64,000 bases of DNA from NCBI GenBank assembly GCA_002633005.1, contig NMRA01000989.1, forward strand, positions 1 through 64,000, in the 5' to 3' direction. This stretch comes from Phoronis australis (lineage: Eukaryota; Animalia; Phoronida). Each line of letters starts with the position of its first letter. Within the stretch, counting starts at the first letter, position 1. A program made the translations under genes and the position numbers. Shown here piece after piece: positions 27,701-39,274 of this stretch. Below the pieces are notes generated by a model. That model did not search any database. It saw only the letters and a list, made by a program, of their open reading frames with translations, and was not told the origin of the DNA.

Positions 27701-29507
27701 AGGTTGCATAAAACGAGAACAAAATGTGCTCACTGTTAATGACATTTCTTTTGAGAAGTTACCGTAAACATTTATATCGAATAAAATTAGGTTGTGTTAT
27801 TGATATCTATGTTTTGCTTGGAACGTGTCTTTCTGTTTTTGATAAATTTTTGTTTGATTGGTACAAAATTAAATTCAAAATCTACTGGTTTCTACTGTCA
27901 TGAGATTTATTTACCTATACAGAGTTAATTTCTATGGTGGTTTAGATATTCGACTTAATCCGCTGGTCTTACATAACTTAAAATGTTGCTCCTTTAAAAT
28001 CAGTCTGCCCAGGTGGATGCGATCTCACAGAAATGAAGTTTGAAACGCACTTCAGAATGAAATTTACCGTGTTATGCCATGTTGGCTGTGACTCGTTGTT
28101 TTCAATGCTCATGTTTGAGATTAACATTGAGGTCTGTTTTGGCATTGACGTTGATGTGAGCCTATTACTAGAGAACAGTACGAGAGGTAGTCAGTTAAGT
28201 TTACATTGCACATACAAGTGTATTGGTCAGCATTATGGATAAGTTCAATTAAAGTACTTACTGGGTTTTTACAATGCAGCACATGCATGTTCGGTCATTT
28301 TGATCTTCGTCATAAGTGTTGCTCTTTTGTTAATTTTTGGTTCCTATTTTTACATGCTAATTTAGTTCACTGTGTACAATGTTCAGTTTCCCTCATTGTC
28401 TCTGCAGATCGGGTGTGGGGGCGCCGGTAGTGAACGAGTGCGACGGTGAGTATCATCACGACAGTCGCAAGAACCAGCTGGAGTGGACGCTGCCGGTTAT
28501 CGACGCGTCCAACAAGTCAGGCAGCATGGAGTTCAGCATCAACGGACACCCGGACGACTTCTTCCCCGTCAATGTCTCGTTTATGTCCAAAAGGCCGTAC
28601 TGCAATATTGAAGTGAGTGTATTTTTTGTGTCTGTTTGAAGATCCAGTGAGCTTTACAGTTTCATTTTGTAAGGAGCAACATCTGTGGGTTTTGTCTGGC
28701 TTTTGGTTTATTTTACTCGTCTAGGCATGTTATGCCTACTTCGTGCAGTAACATGGCGTGATTTTGCTTGTCACAATCACTTTGAGCACGCGGTGCCGTC
28801 ACTTTTCAAATGTACTGAATGGTTGGGCTTATTAACTTGCGTTCATATCCGTCACCATGAGAATCCTTATATGGTGTTGTATTTAGAACAGCATTCAGTT
28901 ATATTCAGCCTGAAGCTGTTTGTTCTGTGCTCTTGTGGTGACTCAGTATGGTACACAAAGACTATTTACTTCATATATCATTTGATGAGCCTACATTTGA
29001 AGAATTAAATCGTGTTTTCCATGTTTTTTTATAGTTTGCTCAAGTATTGTTGGGCTATCTACGTAGCCCAATGCATGTGAAATGACAAAGAAATCCACCC
29101 AGGGAAGGCTTTGATACATTAGTTTTTCTATCACTTCATACACTCACATAGTTTGTATTTCTCATACAATATTCAAACAGCTCAACGAAACTCCACAACT
29201 AGGTTGTAATCACTCAGCGTGTAACATTTTCTCCAATTCTGTGCATATGAAATACAATAAATATAGGGTGTTGTAAGATCTTGCTCAAGAACATGGCATA
29301 GGATATCTTCTGGAAACACGTCAGTTAATATTTGGGATGTTTACAGTAACATTGTTTTGAAAATTTATCAAGGAAACAATTGTTGCAAAGTGCTCTAAAC
29401 TGTGTTGTTTTTTATAGATAACGGAAGTGCGGACTGTGGAAGGGGATCAAGCAGTTAAGTACTCGTCTGACGTGGTATGCTTTCCAGACAAGTATGAGTT
29501 TGTGTGA
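15727..29507 (+). CDS. ARCN1: Coatomer subunit delta (delta-COP/archain 1), 11 coding exons, 520 aa: join(15727-15729,18565-18604,19141-19379,20381-20560,23033-23241,24086-24177,25133-25380,26466-26613,27236-27344,28408-28612,29418-29507)
   Basis: Spliced translation [40 protein letters not shown]...[15 protein letters not shown]...IPEYC...TQEREA...[10 protein letters not shown]...INCWPSE...DKYEFV* follows delta-COP end to end. All introns are GT-AG with compatible phases, and exon lengths sum to 1563 nt. Confidence 0.97.
16410..16740 (+). repeat. Dispersed repeat, copy A (second copy at 56610-56955)
   Basis: About 330 bp alignable by eye, e.g. ATTTTGAGGAAGTTAC...GGGACACAAA...CCATGCTATTTTGCAAG...CAGTTGAAATA...CTGAAGAAAGTAAG. 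Confidence 0.85.
18565..18604 (+). CDS. ARCN1: ARCN1 exon 2
   Basis: tttttcag|[14 protein letters not shown]|gtatgt. Confidence 0.93.
19141..19379 (+). CDS. ARCN1: ARCN1 exon 3 (longin domain)
   Basis: tgtag|...[25 protein letters not shown]...[10 protein letters not shown]|gtaggt. Confidence 0.97.
19432..19939. mobile_element. hAT-like MITE with 6-bp TSD (AAACAT) in ARCN1 intron 3
   Basis: 13-bp perfect TIR CAGGGCTTGGAAT...ATTCCAAGCCCTG; AAACAT at 19426-19431 and 19940-19945. Confidence 0.88.
20381..20560 (+). CDS. ARCN1: ARCN1 exon 4
   Basis: cgcag|[10 protein letters not shown]...[14 protein letters not shown]|gtaatg. Confidence 0.97.
20655..21238. repeat. 29-bp minisatellite (TGACTGCTTGGCCAAGTTAGTTAGAAACA) x~20
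   Basis: Near-perfect tandem array in ARCN1 intron 4. Confidence 0.97.
22425..22560 (+). mobile_element. tRNA-derived SINE-like sequence
   Basis: A-box-like TGGCCTGGTG, B box GGTTCGAGTCC within a GTGGG...CCCAC T-arm; no intact cloverleaf; AT-rich tail. Confidence 0.6.
23033..23241 (+). CDS. ARCN1: ARCN1 exon 5
   Basis: ttacag|[20 protein letters not shown]...SYTAP-AG|gtatgt. Confidence 0.95.
24086..24177 (+). CDS. ARCN1: ARCN1 exon 6
   Basis: tttcag|..[31 protein letters not shown]|gtaagt. Confidence 0.95.
25133..25380 (+). CDS. ARCN1: ARCN1 exon 7 (start of mu-homology domain)
   Basis: ccatag|..VASMDK...[23 protein letters not shown]...KGVQLQ|gtgagt. Confidence 0.95.
25504..25688. repeat. 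37-bp minisatellite x5, within a possible old hAT-like MITE (25484-25897)
   Basis: GACTGCCTTGTGATAGGGGTATTGTTTGGGGTTAGCA repeats; flanking TAGTGCCCTCGATC...GATGGAGGGCACTG imperfect TIR, no clear TSD. Confidence 0.9.
26466..26613 (+). CDS. ARCN1: ARCN1 exon 8
   Basis: tttcag|[10 protein letters not shown]...[19 protein letters not shown]|gtgagt. Confidence 0.96.
27236..27344 (+). CDS. ARCN1: ARCN1 exon 9
   Basis: tgcag|..[37 protein letters not shown]|gtaagt. Confidence 0.96.
28408..28612 (+). CDS. ARCN1: ARCN1 exon 10
   Basis: ctgcag|..[15 protein letters not shown]...[18 protein letters not shown]|gtgagt. Confidence 0.96.
29418..29507 (+). CDS. ARCN1: ARCN1 exon 11 (terminal)
   Basis: tttatag|[29 protein letters not shown]. 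Confidence 0.93.
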   Translation: MTEVRTVEGDQAVKYSSDVVCFPDKYEFV

Positions 29508-30679
29508 TGTGCACTGCATTCAGGGTTCAGTAATAAGACTTCGAGTTCGTTTAAAGCACTTTTGTGCAAGACTGGGTCGAATGTGATCTGTGCTGGAACA
29601 AATCTGTGGAACTGATGCCAAATGAAGGTGGAGTTGAAATGATGCTAAGCAATTTGAAAAGAATCCGTATCACTTCATTTGTGGAAACTTTCATAGAATT
29701 TAATGTATTCATGTTCCAGGGTAACAATAGAATTTGGTCATTGTTATTCAGGTTTTAGGGCCTGGTTTACCTGTAATTTCTCCTACCACTGAATCGCTGC
29801 TGAAGCCTCGAGTATTTGCAGTGATCTTCTGAACTCGAAATTTATTGCGACAGGCCAACTTGTTTCAGGTGTTCTCTGTAATTTTATAGCCTGGAACATT
29901 TCAACAGCTGCAGGATGACTTGTTAATCTAATCATGTAGTATATTCTGGTTGGTAAAGCGACATTGTAAGCCCACATTTCATTGGTTCTGGGTGCTCATT
30001 AAGTCATCCGTGAGGCTATTGTATCTGCAGTTTCTCAAAAATGTTTTTTGGCCCTAGTTAACAATTGAAAGTGTTGAAAAATCTGTAACTTAGTCTGTTG
30101 TCAGGGACAGCAAGATGTGGGATTGAATTTTATAGGTCTTTGGGACAATGATAGATATGCAGTAGTGTTAGCGATGTTGTTGACAAATCAATTTGAAAGA
30201 AAGAACTCAAGTGGCTTTAATTCACGACATTTGTAACGCAACGTTTTCTAAAGTGAAATGGTGTTTTGACATTGGAGAAAGAATAGATTTGCCTTGCTAA
30301 CTGTGCCACCCATTTTTTCTTTTGATTGTCATACTACATAGGTTTTGTACCATAAGAAATATCTAAAGAAGTTTGTCAAAAGTTACATGCAAACCTTTTT
30401 CATTGCTATGTGATGTGTTGGGCTGGAGTTAATTTTCACAGCTTTGTCATATAGCATGTAATGCATAGATGGTAAAAAGTGGTCATTTTGAAAACAAAAC
30501 ATTGAAAAACATTTCATCAATAGCTTTGTATTTGAACAAACATATCTAGAATTTCCATCTTGTTTCTGTTGCAATATTTTGAGAGTAATTTATTTTTCAG
30601 CAGAAATGTTTCGTTGTGAAACATGAGCATGAAGCATTTTGTGAAGTAACATGTTCTTGTAAATACAACTTGTATAATG

Positions 30680-30685
30680 AATAAA
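30680..30685 (+). terminator. Probable ARCN1 polyadenylation signal (3' UTR about 1.2 kb)
   Basis: AATAAA at the end of a T/G-rich tract, followed by a GT-rich downstream element (tgtcatgtccgttttgt). Confidence 0.55.
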
Positions 30686-32194
30686 TATTATATAATGTTA
30701 CAAATAATTGTCATGTCCGTTTTGTCAAAACACTTCTTTTGCCCTTAAGATAAGACTAAAAAAGCATAAGTTCTGGTCTGTACCCAATGAGCTTTTTTTT
30801 GAAAAACTATACTGTCTCCTAAGCAAGGTTTGAAAAACAGTGATTTTCCAACCTATGAGTAAAAGATTGAGCATCATTTTTGATTGTGTGTGGTCGATTT
30901 TCCTTCTTGAAAAAGTGACCATGTAAAAATACTGCACCACTATCTCTATTTTGAAAAATCAGAACTGATGATAAAATTACTTGAATGAAAACTATATTTT
31001 TAAAATATGAAAACTTAAAACATGATCACAGAATGTTATGTGGACAAAACTTTTTCCCAGATATTCATAATGATAATCAGAGGAGTGCATTGTTTATAAA
31101 AAGTTGATTTTGCTCTCTGCTCATAAACTCCAAATGAATTTTTTTTCGTCCTTGGCGAGACAGTCTTGGTTTTTGACGCCCAAATTCTCGGGCTAAGAGT
31201 CTTTCAAAGGAAATCACAGACACGTTATGACTACTACAATTAAAATATAGGGTTTGCAAGTTAATTGCGAAAACGTATTTTGTGGAAAATACATCATCCT
31301 CCGTCAAAATCACTATTCTTGAGAAAAATGCAGTCGTACGTTTACAAATATTTCCGTATTACTTATCTGCACATACGAATTTGAATATACCGTATATATT
31401 TTGTGCGTCTACTGTTAATTTTTAAAGTTATAAAGAACAACCGAAACTTCAAAGTGAAGGTAGCCCATTACTTTAGAGAGGAACGAGACTGTTTTTAATG
31501 TTGCGTTTAGTAAGAAAACAGCGCCCTGGTTTGATATCTTGGAAAAACATTTTCCGTTTCAATTACTGCTATCTTGGTGTGTATCAACTATCCACGGAAT
31601 AATAAACAGTGACGTAAATGGCTCAGCAAACTGAAAAGACCGACACATACGGTGTTCAATAGAGAGAAGAGTCTGCTCAATTGAAATGGATGAACAACCA
31701 AGATATGGGCCGTTTATGTCATTCTCTTTTGTTCCCTGGATAGTAAACAAACGCCAAGGCAACTGAATCCACAGCCAAACAGGAGAAAACGCCCAAGATA
31801 ACCTTTATTTTTAATTGAAAGGTATTATCGAAAATGGTTGTTTTCCCCTTTAAAGCTGTAATTGTGAACTTGTCTTCTGCCACATTTGATTTTGAACACT
31901 TTCCATTGTAATACTGAACTGATGGGTTGGGAAAGTCTGACAGTGATAGCTACTTGAGACCAACTTATTGAAAAATGTTTCGGAGTAAGGAACAATATAT
32001 GGAGTAATTCTATTAGGTGGTCTAACTCAAAATTTATTTTTGACAGAGTTCCGGTGCGTTGCATCTTTAATGAATTGCAGACAATATAATCAATAATCAA
32101 ATGTCCACACGAAGGAAACAATTGTCAGTAAATTTTCAATGCGTGAATTGTCTTACGTATGTTCGGCAAGATATGGACTAGTGTGAAATTTTAA

Positions 32195-33571
32195 AGGCGA
32201 AGGTACCCTTTTTTCATGTCACTTTTAGCAAAAATAAGGTTCGTTGATTATCCCTGACACATTTTTCACTTAATTACAGCTTTTCGTAATTTGATTAATT
32301 TCTCGTCCTCTACTCCGGAAGTGACGTTTTGGAAGGCAAGAGTTTCGCGCCAATTTCTTTTCATTGTAGTCTGACTGCTAGGACTATAATATTACTCCCT
32401 TTTCTGACTGTGAGAGCTGTCGAGTCAGTCATTGTTCCTCGGTTGTAGTAAGTTCGGTCGTCGTTTGCTTTTGTTAACAAGTCAGTCCACATGCCACGCA
32501 GTTGCTACGTGCCGGGATGTTCTCATTATCGTCTCACATGCGCTTTGGGTACCTTGCGTCGCTTTCAGAAGGATGACACACTTTAATTCGCCGTACTAGG
32601 CTAGCTCGTTCATGTGAAGAACGCAGCGCTACCCGTCCACGCAACGTACAAAGCAGTGGAGGGTTACCGAGTGTGTGGCAAGCATTTTCTGCTGAGTCAG
32701 ATTATGACAGAGATATGTACGCTGAATTGATGAACCTCCTGCGAAACAACGCCTGAAGAAGGGTACCATACCGTCGCTGTTGATTCCCGGCAGTGCCCCG
32801 TCGCCAACCCCGAGAAGTGCGTTTTTGAAGCGAGAAGCCTCGCGAGCTGTGGCCACTATATACAGTGACTGAAGGCACTTCATCTACTGTCACCCGAGCC
32901 TCTGAACGTACCCCATTGCGTGCAATTGCTGGAACTAGCAGTGATTCGCTCTGTGTTGTTGTCTCTAGCTCCGGCAGAGCCTGTATGCAGCCCTGCAGCG
33001 ATGGTGAGTATAGTGGGAGTGAATACAGACCCAGTTCGACACCCAATGAAGAGGACAGTTCGTCATCCAATGAACAGATCGGTAAGCCTAAGTTTGATAA
33101 GTTTATTGTGGATTTTTGTATTGGAGCTATTTGGAAGGTGCCAGGTGTGTGACGAGGGAGTCACACGGTGGGATGTAAGCAGTTTGGGTGCTCAGATCAC
33201 CCTCCAGTGGGAGTGTGAAGCGGGACACTCGGGCAAGTGGGACAGTTCTTCCTCTGTACGTGAGACGATAATGAGTACACCCCAGTACGCAGCAAACAGC
33301 GTGGCATGTTAACTGACTCGTAAGCAAAAGCAAACGACGACCGAACTTGTCACAACCGAGGTAAAACAATGACTGACTCGACTGCTCTCACAGTCAGACT
33401 ATATGAAAAGAAATTGGCGCGAAATTCTTGCCTCCCAAAACGTCACTTCCGGAGTAGACGACGAATAATTAATTAAATTACAAAAAGCAGTAAATAAGTG
33501 AAAGATATGTCTGGGATAATCAACGAACCTTATTTTTTCTAAAATGACATGGAAAAAGGTTGCCTTCGCCT
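32195..33571 (+). mobile_element. Kolobok-like DNA transposon deletion derivative with THAP-transposase remnant
   Basis: TTAA on both flanks, AGG...CCT termini, imperfect TIRs of about 190 bp. From ATG 32491: MPRSCYVPGC...YRVCGKHF...RLKKGTIPSL (THAP C2CH pattern, with stops and frameshifts), then CQVC...WECEAGHSGKWDS. Confidence 0.82.
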
Positions 33572-34542
33572 TTAAGAATACGTTTAACAAAAAAAGACCA
33601 CAACGATTGTGGAAGTTATGAGTCTTCGTTTCAGTGCACTGATGTTAGCGAATGATGTCGGTGGTGTTCTTAATCTCGCATCAGCTATAATTGTGAGCGT
33701 TACAGCACTCTGAAATGACTGCTACGGCACAATATGGAACATAATGGCACTCGTGTTTAACCTAAACCTTGACACTAAAAACAAGAAAATTCGATGCCGT
33801 CCTGGAGTCTGAGTTGGCGAGGTTATCTCGAGACAATTGAAAGTTATGCAAAGAGTCACTTGAGGCAGCCTCGCCACAATACAGTTAGCTCACACGTGAA
33901 ACTGATTTCAGTCTAGCTGGGATAAATAAGGTTTATGGCGGTGAATCTAGCCTCAAACAGTCGTTGAACACTCGGTATGCCGTGAATAATACGCTTACAA
34001 GGAAGTCACGCATTTCTAAAGATATGCGGACATTTTCACCGCCCTTCTTTCAGAGCGGCTTTCACCAGGATCAAAGAGAGTGCGGCGCCGGTGTCGGATA
34101 CGGTTGTAAAGCTAAAAACTACAAACATTGGGTACCATTGAAGATAAGCGACAGCACGTATCGATACAATCGGGAGATTTTCAAACGCTGATAAGAGTTA
34201 ACAATACATTACATGGATTATTCTTTTAATATTCTTTCAATCTCGTTTAACCAGATTTTTACTAGGAAACAGCTGTATTTAAATTGCGCCCACTCTATAT
34301 TTTTATGGCTGACAAAAAACTAGAATAGTTATGTAGTTAGTGCAACCGAAATTGTCCAGAGATTCCAAATCTTCAGTTTGCCGGGCTATAACCATTTACA
34401 CTTTTGCATATATTTTATGATTTGAGTTCCAATTAGGGGTTAAACTTGAACTAATGACACGAGTGGTTTTGTTCTCTGTGAAATGTTAGAGTAGCTGTAA
34501 TCTGGAAAGTTCATGAATTGGTTCAGACAATTAGCTAAACTA

Positions 34543-34847
34543 ATTAAAAACCGGACGATCGCCGCACAAATGAAGAAGTTCATGATAAATCAACGTTTCG
34601 TCTATAAGTTAGACATCATCAGGATATTTACATAGGACAACAAGGGCCAACATACATCTCAGGTGACATCCATGAAGTGAAGTGAGAGATACCGAGTAGT
34701 CAGTAGCTGGTCATCACCATAGTTGCAGGGTCACTGAGCTCTGTATGTTGTTGAGAGAATCAGTAGCATGCTGACGAAACGTTGATTTATCATGAACTTC
34801 TTCGTTTGGGCGGCGATCGTCCGGTTTTTAATCTTACTGATTTAATG
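34543..34847 (-). mobile_element. Short Penelope-like (PLE-type) insertion with inverted terminal segments and a hammerhead core
   Basis: About 60-bp inverted repeats (34543-34602 / 34773-34832), AACTAATTAA on both flanks, CTGATGA...GAAAC core inside. Confidence 0.65.
34587..34630 (-). ncRNA. Minimal type I hammerhead ribozyme motif
   Basis: Minus strand atc-CTGATGA-T-GTCTA-actta-TAGAC-GAAA-CGTT-gat: intact core, 5-bp helix II, palindromic ACGT helix III. Confidence 0.65.
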
Positions 34848-35349
34848 AACTAATTAAGTTTCGCTGGGATCAAAATCTACTACAGAACTGTTTTTGGTTC
34901 AAGTTTAAAAATAGCATAAAAAGATATCAAACCGTTCACGGTAAGAAAAAAAGTATTAAAATGAAATAAGGAAAACCGGTATGAAACATTTAAATCATTG
35001 TTCTGGACTTTGGGAAGTTGCCCATGGTCAAGATATGCACAAATAAACTTTTTTAGTCATTTTGTAATATTTAAAATGTACCAAGTTAAAACTGCTCTAT
35101 ACACTAGTTACAGGATCTAAGTTTGTGTAAATGCCAGAGAAAACCAATTTGTGTGTACTAACAACCATGATTTTGCGATAGTAGTGCTAGCTATTACCTT
35201 TCGACTTCATTAGCTCAGATCTACATCAATAAAAAGAGCAAGCTGAATAGGGCATCATTATAGTTGTCTGGGGCTAAGGGAATCTGGACGGTGACCACTG
35301 TAAGCGAGATATGAACAGCTGTAACTTTCATGAGTATGAATTTTCGGAA

Positions 35350-36794
35350 TGATTTGGTAAAGGAATTAAAACAGTCAAATCTAGGAATTCCTATCGGTGC
35401 TGATAATGTTTCGTCTTTGTTTTATGCTGATGATATAGTGGTACTTGCCAGGAGCGAAGAAAATTTACAGGGTTTATTGAATATAGTTGATAAATGGTGC
35501 TCTAAATGGAGGATAATTGTCAATCAGGAAAAAAATAATATTGTTCACTTCAGATCCAAGCATGTCTCTCGAAGTTTATATCCATTTCGGTTGGGTCGAC
35601 TAGACCTAGAATATGTACCCAAATATAAATATTTAGGAATAATTTTAAATGAACATTTGAAGTTTTCTGAAACTGCTAAAACTCTATCCGAATCTGCCGG
35701 AAGAGCTTTGGGCGCTTTAATTAATCAATTTAAAAAGAATAAAAATATGAGGTACAGAACGTTCACCACATTATTCAATGCTTGTGTTGTGTCTGTTAGA
35801 GATTATTGTGTAGGTGTCTGGGGCGGCTCTTACCTACAGAATTATGATGTCATTCAGAATAGAGCCGCGCGATTTTTCTTGGGCGTTCACAAATTCGCTC
35901 CTAATCATGCTGTTATGGGTGACATGGGGTGGGAATTCCCCAGTCTTAGGCGGAAAATTGAGCTTTTGAGAATGTGGAATCGTATTATTAATTTCGAGGA
36001 TCATAGACTTACCGAATATTTTGGTGGGACTACACTACTTGAACTAATAATTGGTCTTCTGAAGTCTTGAGCATTTTTGAAGAATTAGGGATTTCAGATT
36101 GTTTTCATAACTTACGTTCAGTTCATCTGTCTCACTGTAAGAATATTTTGCATGATTTAGCCAGTAATAGGTGGTTGTTTGAAAGCCGTTCGAAACCAAA
36201 GTTAAGAACCTATGTTTTGATGAAGAATGTCTTTGAAGTTGCGCCTTACGTGCATTTAGACTTAACTCGGCCTAGTAGGTCAATTCTTGCTCAGTTATTA
36301 GAACCGGAACCCTACAGCTATTGGTTGAGGTTGGGAGTTTTCGTTCTCTAGATTTTGATGACAGAATTTGCTGTCTTTGTCACACTGGTCAGGTCGAAAC
36401 TGAACTACATTTTCTGTTTGAGTGCCCGTTTTTCTTAGATGCCAGAAACACCTTTTACTGTCAAGTTGAGATTAAATATCCACGATTCCGTGCAGAAAGC
36501 TGTGAAAGTAAATTAATTACAATCATGCAAAAAGATGTTATTAGAAAAATTTCAGTTTTCATCAAAAATATTTTTGAAGGAAATTTTTTATTTATTTATG
36601 ATCACTTTTATCTCGGCCTTCTCTTTCTGGTCCTCTTGCAATGCGTGTACACTTGTCTTTTCTTTTTTGTATCATGTATCTAAAGTGACTTATAAGCCCC
36701 GTGGAGGGCTGGGTGTCCCTAGTCTTTGCAACGTATTCATTGTTTAAATTCATTTGAACACATGTCACTATAATAAAAAAAATACTTACTTTTA
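35350..36794 (+). mobile_element. 5'-truncated non-LTR retrotransposon (LINE; RTE-X/CR1-L2-like), RT C-terminal half with frameshifts
   Basis: LFYADDIVVL RT motif, YKYLGI, KPKLRTY, C-terminal RICCLC...VETELHFLFECP zinc knuckle, (TACT)n-like tail, candidate TSD TCGGAA (35344-35349, 36795-36800). Confidence 0.92.
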
Positions 36795-37264
36795 CTCGGA
36801 AAGCCATGTGGAAACGAAAGTAGTCCCACACAACTGGGCCCACATGTTTCTGAACAATGGTGTGTGACTTTAAGAATGACGTCACCAAGATTCATTGCCC
36901 AATGTTTTCTTAACCACGGTTAAGTGGAAAAACGAATTATTTTACTTAATCGTAAAATGCCTTGAGCAAAAATTGCGTGGAGTTGACATTTACTTAGATA
37001 CTGAAACATTCCCAGTAAATGCCAAATTGTCACGGCAGCTCAATAATCATCAGTCGGGTCGTAATTACATTCAAATAAACTTTGTGTCCAATCATTTGCA
37101 CTCGAAACTACTGGACAATCATATAAATTTCGTTCATATCAAACATGCAATCAGGGTAAAAACAACAAGATTGATCGTGTACGATAATGTTAGTTACCAT
37201 GAACAAAACAGTATAAACACGTCGAGTCAATACGATCACAACTCATAGATAAGGCTAAGAACTG

Positions 37265-37506
37265 GGGCCTCTTCCAAGAAACTGACTTAAGTTCATTTTT
37301 GACTTAAGTTTAAGATTTGTCTTAAATTCCAAACTTTGAAACTTCCACATTCGGTAAGTTAGTCAAAATTAAGACAAAACTTATGTCACACACTTAAGTC
37401 GAACTTTAGATCTCTTTCTTAAATTGGTTTTGAGACAAATTTAATTTTATAATTTACTAAAATTTAAGATTTGTCTTAGCTAAGTCTGTTTTGTTGGAAC
37501 GGGCCC
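37265..37506. mobile_element. PIF/Harbinger-like MITE
   Basis: TIR GGGCCTCTTCCAAGAAA...TTGTTGGAACGGGCCC, 3-bp CTG on both flanks, internal CTTAAG-rich palindromes. Confidence 0.75.
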
Positions 37507-38435
37507 CTGCTCTCTAACTAGTCGGCAGATGAAATGTTTATCTATTAAAGTATTCAAAATGTACATGTTATTGGACCCTGCATGAATTAAGAGAGTCTCT
37601 GTTGATACGGTCCTAGAGGTGAAAACTGCCCCTACGTAAAATGTTTGGGCTGACAAGAGTAAATCTATTTCCCATAAGGGTACGTCATTCCATTACGGAC
37701 CAGATTCCAATACAGGTCGGAGCAGTACTTTGCTAAGGAACTCGTTGCCATCAGCAAAGAGACAATTAATTTGCCACACTTGCTGATGCTTTTTTTCTCT
37801 GTTGCTTTTGTGAGAACTGCTACATATGCCTACATACCCCGAAACATGTATATGAACTTTTGTATTTATATTTATGATTAAGTTCTGTACTGTATCATTA
37901 TTAACTTGTATTTTAAGTTTTTGTAGTTTAATTAGATTTTTAAAAAATTGTTTCACTGTTAAACCTCACAGACTTTTAAACAAAAATTATGACTACCACT
38001 AATAAAAGACTTCCATAATTCACGGAGTGGATAGGAAACGTTTTATCATAGTCGCTGGCGCATGGTCGCTATGGCGTCTCCGGTGGGCTGGGAAGCAGAA
38101 TCTCCAGAAAAGGAGATCGAGGCGAAAACTACTCGAAACGAAAGGAAACGAGATTTATCAAAACTTATCTCGCACAAAAAGATCTCAAAATGCGGGCCGA
38201 TGGAAACTGACGACGAAAACACCATTTCTGTCCAAGCAAGAGGAATATCTGCTCACATATTTACAACAGGCCAAAAATCACTGGGGTGGAAGAAACCATA
38301 ATTCACTGGTGTAAACACAGTCATGCACTTTCCTTCATTAGGGCTGGCGTCATGAACAGGGACTATTTTCAAAGCCAATCACAAGTCAACAATAGAGCAG
38401 GGTGAAAGGATAAGTCAACTTCGGGGAACAAGGCT

Positions 38436-38815
38436 ACCGGAAATTTTCGAAAATACGCCCTAAGACGCTGGGGATTTGATTAACGACATATAAAATATGT
38501 CCCATTAAACCGAACATAAGCCCGGGCGTATTTTCGAAAAAGGGGGGGCATATATTTTGTCATTAAAACTGCGCTAAAACAATTAGTTACCAACAAAGAC
38601 ACCCTATATCTACTAGTCAAATAATAGTCCGCTATTGGTAGAGTGAAATTGCGATCCCAAAATATTATGCCTTGATTGTCAAAATAAACAAACTTTTACA
38701 TCAAAAGATATTACATACGTATTTCAGAACAATGCATCAGATTTTCAAAACCGGCAAAGAGCTACCTAAAATACGCCAACGGGCGTACTTTTGGGAGGGC
38801 GCACGATTTCGGCAC
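38436..38815. mobile_element. Degenerate Tc2-like MITE remnant
   Basis: TACCGGAAATTTTCGAAAATACGCCC start and repeated AAAATACGCC/GGGCGTA motifs; right end eroded. Confidence 0.4.
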
Positions 38816-39274
38816 AACACTTACCTCCATTTACGTATGTCTGTCAATAAGAAACATAAATATACATACATGTTAGTGGCTGTCAGCAATAAGTGCATCA
38901 TGTCACTGTCAATACGAAAAAGTGTACACAATTACCTATCAGTATAAATATACATGTCACTGTCAATACAAAAGCATAAAAGTCTACAACTAAACACCAG
39001 TACATGCTTGTGTCAACTGGAACACTATACAATACCATTCACATAAACATAGACATGGGTTGCAAAGGAAATAGCTACTATGCTAATAATTGGGATTTTG
39101 TTACTGCAACTGCTTAAGTCAGATTGTGACTAAACCGTCCTAATGTATTAAAAAATCAACGCGCGTGGCTTAGCCGCGCTGCTCACGAAATACAGGCCTG
39201 CCCTCAGCCGGCTGCGCGGATCATTGCCGTTTACCGTACACAATCCGGACTGACAGTCGATCAATATTATGTTG

